Under the pieces are notes generated by a model. The model searched no databases, was not told where the DNA came from, and saw only the letters and a program-made list of their open reading frames with translations. A DNA stretch of 64,000 nt from assembly GCA_965232815.1 (NCBI GenBank), contig OZ247427.1, positions 3,609,602 through 3,673,601 on the forward strand. The letters are read 5' to 3'. Positions 55,253 to 64,000 of this stretch are shown here, one piece after another; position 1 is the first letter of the stretch, and each line of letters begins with the position of its first letter. The position numbers and the translations under genes were made by a program. This stretch comes from Dehalococcoidia bacterium (lineage in GTDB: Bacteria; Chloroflexota; Dehalococcoidia; Lucifugimonadales; UBA3495).

Positions 55253-58200
55253 GTGTTCACTCATCTGCACACTCATACCGAATACAGTATGCTCGACGGC
55301 ATCAGCCGTATCCCCGATCTGGTGAATCGCACCCGCGAACTCGGGATGGATGCCATGAGCATCACCGACCACGGTTCCCTCTACGGCGTCGTCGATTTCT
55401 ACTCCGAATGCAAGGAAGCCGGCATCAAACCCATCATCGGCTGCGAACTCTACGTCGCCCACGGCAGCCGTCGCGACCGCACGCCCAACGAACGCACCGC
55501 CAATCATCTGGTAGTCATCGCCAAGGACAACACCGGGTACCGGAACCTCCTGCAGCTCGTCACCAGGTCCCATCTTGAAGGTTTCCATTACCGGCCGCGC
55601 ATCGACAAGGAACTCCTGCACGAGCACCGGCAGGGCCTGATCTGCCTCTCCGGGTGCCCGTCCGCCGAGGTTCCCATTCTGCTGGCCGACGGCAACTACG
55701 ACGCCGCCAAAGAACAGGTCGGGTGGTATCGGGAACTCTTCGGCGAGAACTATTTCCTCGAACTCCAGCAGCATGATCACATCGAGCAGCTTCCCAGGAT
55801 CAACGAGGGCTTGATCCGCCTCAACAAGGACACCGGTATCCCCCTGCTCCTCACCAACGACGCCCATTATGTCCGCCAGTCCGACTATCCATTCCAGGAT
55901 GTCTACATCTGCATCCAGACCGGCACCAACCTCCAGGACGACAAGCGTCTCCGCATGGAGGACTCTTCCTTCTACATCAAGTCACCTGCAGAGATGGCGG
56001 CCCTGTTCCCGCAATTCCCCCAGGCCGTCGACATTACGGGCGAGGTAGCCCAACAGTGCGACGTTTCCCTGGGATTCGGACAGATGCACCTTCCCCGCTA
56101 TCCGACCCCCAATAACGAGGATGCCGACGCATATCTGGAGCGGTTGTGCTGGGAAGGATTCAACAAGCGTTACGGCCACAACAACGAGACTGCCCGCGCC
56201 CGCATGGAATACGAACTGGAGGTGGTGCGCCAGACCAGTTTCGCCAACTACTTCCTCGTTGTGTGGGACATCATCTCCTTCGTGCGACGTCAGGAGATCC
56301 TGTTCGGCGTACGTGGCAGCGCCGCTGCCAGCGTCGTCCTCTATTGTTTGGGCATCACCGACATTGACCCGATGGCCTACAACCTCGTGTTCGAGCGTTT
56401 CCTGAACTTTGAGCGCAAGGAAATGCCCGATATCGACATGGATTTCCAGGACGACCGCCGTGACGAAGTCCTCCGTTACGTCATCGACCGTTACGGCAGC
56501 GACCGGGTGGCCCAGATCATCACTTTTGGCACCATGGGACCCAAGGCAGCCCTGCGCGACGTCGGTCGCGGCCTCGGCATGAGCTATGGCGACGTCGACC
56601 GTATCGCGCGCATGGTGCCGTTCAAGTCCCGTACCCTGTCCGATGCAATCTCCGCCAGCGCCGAACTCAAGGAAAATTACCAGGGCGACGCGGCCATCCA
56701 GAACCTCGTCGACAACGCCCAGGCCCTTGAGGGGATCGTCCACCACGTTAGCACCCACGCCGCCGGCGTGCTCATCGCCGACGAACCGCTCACGGAAACC
56801 GTTCCCTTGCAGCGACCCGCCCGCGGCGACGAAAACAGCCCGGTCATGATGACCCAGTACTCCATGGACCCGGTTGCCAAACTGGGCCTCCTCAAAATGG
56901 ACTTCCTCGGGTTGACCAACCTCACCATCCTGGATCGCACCATCAAACTCATCGACCAGGAGCGCGGAATTCGCATCGACCTCAATCGGTTGGCTCTCGA
57001 CGACGAGGCCACCTACGATCTGCTCGGCACCGGCAACACCTCCGACCTGTTCCAGTTGGAAAGCGCTGGCATGCAGCGCTACATCAAGGAATTGAAGCCG
57101 TCCGACCTCGGCGACATCGCCGCTATGATCGCCCTCTATCGTCCCGGCCCGATGGAGCACATCGACCGCTTCATCCGTTCCAAGCATGGGGAAGAGAAGG
57201 TCTCGTATCCCCATCCCAGCTTGCAGGAATTGCTGGACGAAACCTACGGTGTGATCGTCTATCAGGATCAGGTCCTACACGTCCTGCAAAACTTCGCCGG
57301 CTATAGCCTCGGCGAGGCCGACACGGTGCGCAAAGCCATGGGCAAGAAGATTCCCGAGCTCATGGCGGAAGAACGCGACCGGTTCGTTTCCGGGGCGGTT
57401 CAGCAGGGGTATACGGAGGGCATGGGTGTTGAGATATTCAATCTCATCGAGCCCTTCGCCGGCTACGCGTTCAACAAGGCACACAGCGTCAGCTACGGTT
57501 TGATCTCCTACTGGACTGCCTACTTCAAAACCCACTACCCGTTGGAATACATGGCGTCCGTCCTGAACTGTCGCCTTGATCACGGCGACCGCTACGTCGC
57601 GTCCATCAACGAATGTACCCGCATGGGCATCGAGATCGGTCTGCCGGACGTCAACAGCTCCGGCGTCCTCTATACCATCGACCGTCCAGCGGACAAATCC
57701 CAGAAAGACGCCAAGCTCCGTATCGGCTTGGCCGCCATCAAAACCGTGGGAGAGGGCGCCGTCAAGCCTATCGTCAGTGAGCGCGCCGCCAAGGGGCCGT
57801 TCGCGTCAATTAGCGACTTCTGCCGCCGCGTCGATGTGTCCGGACTGAATCGGCGCACCCTAGAGGGCTTGGCCAAGGCCGGCGCGTTCGACTCGTTGGC
57901 CCCCCGCACCTCGGTCATTGCCGGGTTGGATCGTATTTGGGCCGTCGCCCAGCAGGAAACCCGCAACCGGAACTCCGGGCAGTTCGGAATGTTCGGTGAA
58001 GAGTTGGACAGCAGTGCCGGCGGCTCGTTGCTGGAACTCGATACGTCATCGCCCGACTACACTCCCCAGGAAAAAGCCGCCCTCGAAAAGGAATACCTGG
58101 GCGTCGCCCTATCCTACAATCCCCTGCTGGCCCTTGCCGCCCTCAATCCCGGCGACGCTTACACGTCGGTGGACCAACTCGACGAGGAAATGCTGGGCAG

Positions 58201-58873
58201 CACCGTTACCCTGCTGGGCCACATCGCGGCCGTTACGGAGCGTTACACCCGCGACAACCGCAAATTCCTCCGGGTCGACATGACCATGGTCGGCGGTCAG
58301 GTGGAAACCATGGTGTGGCCGGACTCTCTCGACAAGACGGCGCATATCTGGCAGTCGGGCCGTATCGTTCGCGCTACTGGACGCCTCCAGATCCGCGGCG
58401 ACGATTTCTCCATATCCTGCTACGACGCGCAGGAATTTCAGTTGCCTGACCAACCCGAGGCAGAAGAACCGGGTCAACACCCCGTCACTCCCAGTGGTGC
58501 CGCCCGCTCTAATGGGCGAGGATCCGGCCCCGGCTCATCCAATGGGACCGGCAACGGCCACAAGCCCGCGGCGGCTCCCGCTGCGCCCAGCCCCAATGGC
58601 AACGGCCACAAAAACGGCGACAGCGGCGTACTCATCAAGATGGCCGAGACGGACGACGCCGAGGAGGACCGCTACCGCTTGCGCCAGGCCATCCGGGTCA
58701 TGCTCGAATACACCGGAGAAGACAGGGTCTACCTCGAGCTCTACCTCCAAGAGGGAAGGCGCGTGCTCATGGAAATTCCCACCGTCTCCACCGGTTCCTG
58801 CGACGAGCTCCAGAATCGGCTCAGGGAACTCCTCGGCGAAGATTGCGCAGAATATCGGGAAGTTATCGCCTGA
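55253..58873 (+). CDS. dnaE: DNA polymerase III subunit alpha
   Basis: PHP domain FTHLHTHTEYSMLDG, the palm/fingers region (..PDIDMDF..), HhH and an OB fold. Start is placed at GTG 55253 to give the usual N-terminus; the ORF track starts at 55145. About 150-aa C-terminal extension. Confidence 0.95.
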   Translation: MFTHLHTHTEYSMLDGISRIPDLVNRTRELGMDAMSITDHGSLYGVVDFYSECKEAGIKPIIGCELYVAHGSRRDRTPNERTANHLVVIAKDNTGYRNLLQLVTRSHLEGFHYRPRIDKELLHEHRQGLICLSGCPSAEVPILLADGNYDAAKEQVGWYRELFGENYFLELQQHDHIEQLPRINEGLIRLNKDTGIPLLLTNDAHYVRQSDYPFQDVYICIQTGTNLQDDKRLRMEDSSFYIKSPAEMAALFPQFPQAVDITGEVAQQCDVSLGFGQMHLPRYPTPNNEDADAYLERLCWEGFNKRYGHNNETARARMEYELEVVRQTSFANYFLVVWDIISFVRRQEILFGVRGSAAASVVLYCLGITDIDPMAYNLVFERFLNFERKEMPDIDMDFQDDRRDEVLRYVIDRYGSDRVAQIITFGTMGPKAALRDVGRGLGMSYGDVDRIARMVPFKSRTLSDAISASAELKENYQGDAAIQNLVDNAQALEGIVHHVSTHAAGVLIADEPLTETVPLQRPARGDENSPVMMTQYSMDPVAKLGLLKMDFLGLTNLTILDRTIKLIDQERGIRIDLNRLALDDEATYDLLGTGNTSDLFQLESAGMQRYIKELKPSDLGDIAAMIALYRPGPMEHIDRFIRSKHGEEKVSYPHPSLQELLDETYGVIVYQDQVLHVLQNFAGYSLGEADTVRKAMGKKIPELMAEERDRFVSGAVQQGYTEGMGVEIFNLIEPFAGYAFNKAHSVSYGLISYWTAYFKTHYPLEYMASVLNCRLDHGDRYVASINECTRMGIEIGLPDVNSSGVLYTIDRPADKSQKDAKLRIGLAAIKTVGEGAVKPIVSERAAKGPFASISDFCRRVDVSGLNRRTLEGLAKAGAFDSLAPRTSVIAGLDRIWAVAQQETRNRNSGQFGMFGEELDSSAGGSLLELDTSSPDYTPQEKAALEKEYLGVALSYNPLLALAALNPGDAYTSVDQLDEEMLGSTVTLLGHIAAVTERYTRDNRKFLRVDMTMVGGQVETMVWPDSLDKTAHIWQSGRIVRATGRLQIRGDDFSISCYDAQEFQLPDQPEAEEPGQHPVTPSGAARSNGRGSGPGSSNGTGNGHKPAAAPAAPSPNGNGHKNGDSGVLIKMAETDDAEEDRYRLRQAIRVMLEYTGEDRVYLELYLQEGRRVLMEIPTVSTGSCDELQNRLRELLGEDCAEYREVIA

Positions 58874-58907
58874 TACTCGGCCTCTTACACGTGGTTAGCC
58901 CTCGCCT

Positions 58908-59429
58908 CTACGACGTCGGTATCTGTAGACCCAAACCCGCGGCGATGAATCGCTTGGCGTTCTCCTTGTAGCGCGCAGTCGGATCCTCCAGCCGCTTGCG
59001 GTGCACCTCCGGAAGCTCGCGGATCCTTCCCGGCACTCCGATGACTAACGATTCGTCTGGAATCGCCGTACCGGTAACGATGGCTCCGGCCCCGATCAGC
59101 ACGTAGTTCCCCACATCGCAATCTTCCAGGCACACCGCGTTGACGCCGATCATCACGTTGCTGCCGATCTTCCCGCCATGCACCACCGCTCCGTGCGTCA
59201 TCAGAACGTTGTCCCCGAATTCCAGGTAGTCATCCGTGTGGATCACGCAGTTGTCCTGGATCGAGCAGTCCTTCCCAATGATGATACGGCCGTAATCGCC
59301 CCGAATTACCGCGCCGGGCCATACGTTCGTCCCCTCTCCGATGACCACGTCGCCCACTACGTATGCAGCCTCGCTGATGAACGCGCTCGGGTGGATCTGC
59401 GGTGTTTTGCCGTCGATGCTTCGAATCAA
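58908..59429 (-). CDS. Gamma carbonic anhydrase-like / hexapeptide-repeat (LbH) protein
   Basis: IRSIDGKTPQIHPSAFISEAAYVVGDVVIGEGTNVWPGAVIRGD is the typical gamma-CA N-terminus. TTG start at 59429 is preceded by AGGAGG-actctt. The ORF-track start at 59516 is an extension. Confidence 0.85.
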   Translation of the reverse strand: MIRSIDGKTPQIHPSAFISEAAYVVGDVVIGEGTNVWPGAVIRGDYGRIIIGKDCSIQDNCVIHTDDYLEFGDNVLMTHGAVVHGGKIGSNVMIGVNAVCLEDCDVGNYVLIGAGAIVTGTAIPDESLVIGVPGRIRELPEVHRKRLEDPTARYKENAKRFIAAGLGLQIPTS

Positions 59430-59597
59430 AAGAGTCCTCCTGTGTGGATCGATTCCGTAGATTATAGCCTCCCGAAACCGGGTCCACTCAAGGCTCCACA
59501 TGGATGTGCCGAACAATTAGGCTAAATGGCTTGACCTTTGCGAACATACAGACTATACTAACGTTCGTAATTAGAACATCTGTAACGGAGGACCCCT

Positions 59598-60572
59598 ATG
59601 GCAGCCGCTCAGGTCACGGAAATCAACTGCAAGACTTTGATCAACCGGGTCAGCGCGCCCGATTTCCCATTCCGTTGGACGATAAACCCCTACCGGGGCT
59701 GCCGCCACGCCTGTCGATACTGTTACGCCCGCTCTACGCATCAGTATTGGGGAATGGATGCCGGTACAGACTTTGAAAGCCAAATTTTCGCCAAGATCAA
59801 CGCGCCGTCCGTGCTGCGCCATGAACTCTCGCGCCCCCGGTGGAGCGGAGAACCCATCGTGATCGGCACCGCATCCGATCCCTACGAGCCTGCCGAGGCC
59901 CAATACCGTCTCACCCGGCAGGTGTTGGAGGTCATGGCTGAATTCCGCAATCCAGTTTCAATCACTACCAAGGGGACTTTGGTGCGCCGCGACATCGACG
60001 TGCTGAAACGTCTCAACGACGTGGCGGGCGTCCAGGTCGTGTTCAGTGTCGGCACTATTGACGAAACTATCTGGCGCCAAACTGAACCCGGCGCTCCAAA
60101 CCCGATGGCCCGCCTTGAAGCCATGCAGTACCTGGTGGAACACGGTATCCCCTCCGGCGTGCTGGCCGCTCCCCTGATCCCTGGTCTATCCGATACCTCC
60201 GACAGCATCAACGCTCTGGTTGCGGCCGTTGCTCAACATCGCGCCCGGTTCCTGTCTGCCAACCTGCTTTTCCTGCGCCCCGGCAGTCGAGAGTGGTTCA
60301 TGCCGTTCATCAGGGAATCCTACCCTCATCTCGCGCCCGGTTACGCTCGACTCTACCGTGGCGAACACGCTCCCAGGGACTACACCAATTCGGTGCTTGG
60401 CCTTGTCGACGACGCCCGCCTCCGTTGGGAACTGCCCCGCATGCCATCGGTCAACACATTACAGCCTGCCGAGCCGCCACTGTTCGGCGATTTTGCCCCG
60501 AACCTCGACCCCGTCTCGCTAGACTCCGAGAACGCGCGGCCTGTCCAGTTGGCGTTGCAGATGGCCGCCTAG
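59598..60572 (+). CDS. Radical SAM protein (SplB/COG1533-like)
   Basis: NPYRGCRHACRYCYAR is the CxxxCxxC cluster motif, in the N-terminal context seen in spore-photoproduct-lyase-like proteins. Length 324 aa. Confidence 0.85.
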   Translation: MAAAQVTEINCKTLINRVSAPDFPFRWTINPYRGCRHACRYCYARSTHQYWGMDAGTDFESQIFAKINAPSVLRHELSRPRWSGEPIVIGTASDPYEPAEAQYRLTRQVLEVMAEFRNPVSITTKGTLVRRDIDVLKRLNDVAGVQVVFSVGTIDETIWRQTEPGAPNPMARLEAMQYLVEHGIPSGVLAAPLIPGLSDTSDSINALVAAVAQHRARFLSANLLFLRPGSREWFMPFIRESYPHLAPGYARLYRGEHAPRDYTNSVLGLVDDARLRWELPRMPSVNTLQPAEPPLFGDFAPNLDPVSLDSENARPVQLALQMAA

Positions 60573-60634
60573 GCGAAAAGTTAGGGCGAGCATCTCTGCT
60601 CGCCCCCAAACTTGCGTGGCCTTTCCGGGCCGCG

Positions 60635-61096
60635 TCAGTTGTTCGTGGGTACCCAGATTTGACCCCGCTCGCGCACCGGTTCCAGCAGCGATTCGTCAAA
60701 TGGCAGCGGATCGTAATCCTGCCGGTTCGGCGCTCGGTAACTCAACGCGTTGGTCACCGTTTCATGGGTGTAATACCCCCGGTACGTTTGCGTAACCAGG
60801 AACTGGAAAAACTCGGGAGCGCTGCTCTCGACCGCCCGCAGCGTATCCGTCTGCGCATCCGACGACAGGGAGGAGAAATCGCCGCCTCGCTCGGCGGCGG
60901 CCAACTCTATCTGTACCAGCCCCTCCAACACCAGGCGGCGCCGGGCAGCGCGTTCAGCAACGAAGGCTTCGATGAAACTTCCGATGCCTATTTCGCCGGC
61001 CGCTGGCATTTCACCCTCTGCCGGCACGACGCAATTCAAGACCGCACTCAGCAGCCCACTCTGTTCAGCGCTCAAGATATTGTTTGTCGTAGTCAT
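60635..61096 (-). CDS. Gluconate 2-dehydrogenase subunit 3 family protein
   Basis: LSAEQSGLLSAVLNCVVPA...FFQFLVTQTYRGYYTHETV matches the small-subunit family normally paired with GMC flavoproteins. Length 153 aa. Confidence 0.65.
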   Translation of the reverse strand: MTTTNNILSAEQSGLLSAVLNCVVPAEGEMPAAGEIGIGSFIEAFVAERAARRRLVLEGLVQIELAAAERGGDFSSLSSDAQTDTLRAVESSAPEFFQFLVTQTYRGYYTHETVTNALSYRAPNRQDYDPLPFDESLLEPVRERGQIWVPTNN

Positions 61097-61179
61097 TCAA
61101 ACCGTCCCGGTCCATCCGATTTCGGGCGCGATGATACCACAGCAGCGTTCCCGCCGATTGATGGATGCGATCCGCTACC

Positions 61180-61719
61180 TCAAAATATGATGCTCAACGC
61201 CCCATGGTCCGAAAGCTCTTCCAAGTCTAGGATCGCCCGTTTGTGGCATAGTCTCAACTGCCCATCCACGCGTCGCATTTTCACGTCGTACCGCCCCACG
61301 TAGGGTGACGATTCGCCCGCCCGAAAACGCCACACGGCCACCGAGGCCGTGGCTTCGATCTCATCCCCATCCACCGCCGTGACCATCACGTTGCTGATGA
61401 ACCGGCGCGTCCTCGACCATGGGTATTCCCGATGGGCATGTCGGCTCTTCAAACGGACGGTCCGTGCCGTCATCCTTGCGTAGTCGTCATCGATGAATAC
61501 CAGGTCGAACTCCGGGTTTCCCTCGGGTAAATCCGTCGTGGGTACGACGTATCGCGCGTCCTCCGTGTACAGCGTCAGCCACTCATCGAGATTCCAATCG
61601 TCCAACAGCCGAGCCTCTCTGTACAACAACTGCTCCACCTCGTGCTGTAGCAACAGCGACTCTGCTGTGGCGGGCAGGCCGGAAACCGTAGGCGGCATTG
61701 GTACAGTTGGGGTTACCAT
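61180..61719 (-). CDS. Aromatic-ring-hydroxylating dioxygenase, beta subunit
   Basis: EVEQLLYREARLLDDWNLDEWLTLYTEDARYVVP...RTVRLKSRHAHREYPWSRTRRFISNV is the SnoaL-like RHD beta pattern. Confidence 0.85.
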   Translation of the reverse strand: MVTPTVPMPPTVSGLPATAESLLLQHEVEQLLYREARLLDDWNLDEWLTLYTEDARYVVPTTDLPEGNPEFDLVFIDDDYARMTARTVRLKSRHAHREYPWSRTRRFISNVMVTAVDGDEIEATASVAVWRFRAGESSPYVGRYDVKMRRVDGQLRLCHKRAILDLEELSDHGALSIIF

Positions 61720-61738
61720 GCTCGTTGGCCTCCGGTTC

Positions 61739-63076
61739 TTAGTTGTCCGCCGCGACCGACAGTTCCGGGGACGGCGTCACTTCTGGTTGCTCGTAAAGGC
61801 CAAGTCCGCGTTCAAAATTCTCCACATGCGGCAGATCCGCAACCAGCGACTGCCACCGGCGCCAGAACGATCGCATCTGCAACTCGTCGTCCCCCCTGGG
61901 ATCGCGGTGGAACCCTCTGGAAAGGTCCGACCACTCCACGCCGCCTGATCTGAATCCGTGCTGGCACGACTCCAGCGCTTCCGTGTCGTCCGGCGTGGCA
62001 AATCCGCCCGGGCCAAGGAATGTCAGGAAGGAATCGAGCCTGCGGCGCAGCATGCTGGCCGTTTCGTCGCCGGGCGCCATTTCCCATGCCGTTACGTCCA
62101 TGCTGTCGGGCCCAGTGGGTTGGAAGACCCTGATGGTAACTGCCATGATGTCGTTTATGACCAGGTTGGGGAAGATCACCATGTTGCGGGTTTTTTCGCA
62201 CATCCGCAGCGCCTTGTCACGCCCCTGACGGCCGATCAGTTCATCCTTGATGCGGTCAATTTCCTGCCTCGATTCTTCGCCAAAGTACGGATGCCACATG
62301 GCCACAGGCCTGCCGTAGATCGCGTCGTTTTCTACTACGCCGTGACCGTTGCCCAGAGCCCGGCCCAACCCCTTCCGGTTGCTGATCGACGGAACGTTTC
62401 CTCCCACCTCGTTTGCCATGTAGTCAAAATAGGTCTTGTGAGTGGGCAGCGCGTGGTATCCATCCATGCTGTTTTCCGCCAGCAATTTCCAGTTGGCTTT
62501 GATGGTGTAACGGTTCGAACCCGGTATCACCTTCATCCCGGCCGGCGACTGGTCCGCCACCAGGTCCAGATACTCCGCTGCGCCCGCGAGATAATCCACC
62601 AGCGATTCTGCTTCATGGTCGAAGCAGACAAATATGAACCCTTTGTAGCTGTCAAACCTGGGCGACCGTAGGCTCAACTCCGCTCGGTCGAAATCCGGTC
62701 CATACCCTTCAGCGTCGGGCAACCCGATCAACTCGCCGGACGTGTTGAAACTCCATGCGTGATAGAAGCATTGGAAAACCTGTGCGTTCCCATGGTCCGT
62801 GCGGCAAATCAGCGCCCCTCGGTGTGGACAGGTGTTGTGGAACACCGCCAATTCCCCATCCCGATTCCGTGCGAAGAATAACGCCCGTTCCGCAACCACC
62901 CGCCTGACGTAGTCGCCCGGGTTCGGCACCTCCGACTCGTGCCCGAGGTACAGCCAGCACTTGTCGAATATATGCTGCCTCTCCAGTTCATAAATCTCCG
63001 GCAGCAACATGCTGGAGCGATGCACCCGGAATTTTCCCTGATCGGGCCGGTCATATACCAGTTCGCTGATTTCCAT
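61739..63076 (-). CDS. Rieske-type aromatic-ring-hydroxylating dioxygenase, alpha subunit
   Basis: Rieske motif CPHRGALIC...CFYHAWSF plus the catalytic-domain motif NSMDGYHALPTH. Length 445 aa. Confidence 0.9.
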   Translation of the reverse strand: MEISELVYDRPDQGKFRVHRSSMLLPEIYELERQHIFDKCWLYLGHESEVPNPGDYVRRVVAERALFFARNRDGELAVFHNTCPHRGALICRTDHGNAQVFQCFYHAWSFNTSGELIGLPDAEGYGPDFDRAELSLRSPRFDSYKGFIFVCFDHEAESLVDYLAGAAEYLDLVADQSPAGMKVIPGSNRYTIKANWKLLAENSMDGYHALPTHKTYFDYMANEVGGNVPSISNRKGLGRALGNGHGVVENDAIYGRPVAMWHPYFGEESRQEIDRIKDELIGRQGRDKALRMCEKTRNMVIFPNLVINDIMAVTIRVFQPTGPDSMDVTAWEMAPGDETASMLRRRLDSFLTFLGPGGFATPDDTEALESCQHGFRSGGVEWSDLSRGFHRDPRGDDELQMRSFWRRWQSLVADLPHVENFERGLGLYEQPEVTPSPELSVAADN

Positions 63077-63140
63077 CCTGGACCCTCCTCACGTCTGTCA
63101 CGTTGACGCCATCCGTCTCATCCACCCGCCGCTGGGAGCC

Positions 63141-64000
63141 TTATCTCGGTATCACCGGCAGCGTGATATGCCCCGGATATTGCGCCGAGTGATGCACCGT
63201 CTGCCTGGCCGTATCCAAACGCGTGTCCACGCCCAACGCCGCTCCGGTGTTGGGATTGCGGTCAAAGCGCGGGAAATTGCTGCTCGATACATCCACTCGA
63301 ATCCTGTGCCCTTCTTTAATCACATGGCTGGTTGCCCAGAGGTCGATCTCGTAGCGGTAAACCTCTCCGGGTTTCACGGGCGCAGGCTCCCGCACCGACG
63401 TCCGGTACTTCGCCCGAACGATGCCATCCTGCAGGTTGTGTGCGAAACCGTCCGGCCGTACGTCCACCAGCTTGGCGGTGAAGTCCGTGTCTGCCGCGGT
63501 GGTCGCCGCATAAACTGTCGCCTTGATCGGCCCTGTGATTTCCAGGTCCGAAGCCAACGGCTCCGACGTGAACGAGAGCACGTCCGCCCTGTCTTCCGCC
63601 GGTCCTTGGTCAAAAACCCCGTACTCTATGATCAGCGTGTTCCCACCCAGCGTGGGTACCGGATCCGACGGGTCGTAAGTGAATTGATCTGCCGGTTCAT
63701 CCGGATTCGGCGGAATCGTGGACAGCGTCCCGTCGCCGTGCCGAGTATTGGCGTTGCCGCCGGAGTGAAAATACCAGCGTGTGTACTGCGTGCGAGCCAG
63801 CGGCCACTCCTGCTCGTCCCTCCACTTGTTGTCACCCATCACGAACAACCGCACCGGCGGATCATCCATGATCCCGGTTTCCTCACCCTTCAGCCAGTAG
63901 TCGTACCAGCGCAGCAGGAAATCATGCAGTTCGATGGCCGCCTCGGGTCCGAAATCTATGTTGCCCGCTCCGCCGGTGGTTGGCTCGGTGAACGGCCGCA
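63141..64000 (-). CDS. CocE/NonD family hydrolase (X-Pro dipeptidyl-peptidase C-terminal domain); N-terminus beyond the window
   Basis: PVRLFVMGDNKWRDEQEWPLARTQYTRWYFHSGG...VSSSNFPRFDRNPNTG is the CocE/NonD C-terminal jelly-roll. The frame stays open upstream to the window edge (..WYDYWLKGEETGIMDD..). Confidence 0.8.
   Translation of the reverse strand, partial: RPFTEPTTGGAGNIDFGPEAAIELHDFLLRWYDYWLKGEETGIMDDPPVRLFVMGDNKWRDEQEWPLARTQYTRWYFHSGGNANTRHGDGTLSTIPPNPDEPADQFTYDPSDPVPTLGGNTLIIEYGVFDQGPAEDRADVLSFTSEPLASDLEITGPIKATVYAATTAADTDFTAKLVDVRPDGFAHNLQDGIVRAKYRTSVREPAPVKPGEVYRYEIDLWATSHVIKEGHRIRVDVSSSNFPRFDRNPNTGAALGVDTRLDTARQTVHHSAQYPGHITLPVIPR

Overview
GC-rich bacterial chromosomal segment with about 55 protein genes, two tRNAs (Asp-GTC, Lys-TTT) and an isolated 5S rRNA gene. 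Housekeeping genes: hisS, hisF, hisIE, argS, a pgi-gnd-zwf oxidative pentose-phosphate operon, clpC, a guaB3-type gene and dnaE. These are mixed with catabolic and accessory enzymes: three family III (CaiB/BaiF) CoA-transferases, two SDRs, a Zn-ADH, amidohydrolases, two tandem VOC proteins, Rieske dioxygenase alpha/beta, a CocE/NonD hydrolase, a heterodimeric ABC exporter and an MFS transporter. This gene content and the repeat families suggest a Chloroflexota/SAR202-like organism, but that is inference only. Main observations: (1) a visibly AT-richer two-gene module at 2944-4985 pairing an ABC/SMC-type ATPase with a short TOPRIM-like (DUF4276-like) protein, i.e. an OLD/PARIS-like candidate defense system of an uncharacterised subtype. 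(2) A gene the ORF track splits at an in-frame TGA (52951-52953). Read through, it gives a 'U-G-S-C' motif with a SECIS-like hairpin just downstream, so it is a probable selenoprotein. (3) Several families of palindromic REP-like elements, three of which are expanded into tandem half-element arrays ending in one intact palindrome; the largest is a 20-bp x ~20 array at 22861-23269. (4) A 146-bp tandem duplication that copies the 3' end and terminator of the ADH gene. (5) An amidohydrolase pseudogene carrying a frameshift plus an in-frame TAG. (6) A 5S rRNA gene unlinked to any 23S. (7) An orphan beta-class DNA methyltransferase. No CRISPR array, transposase, integrase or prophage genes were recognised. 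All calls come from reading the translations and sequence; no database search was run.
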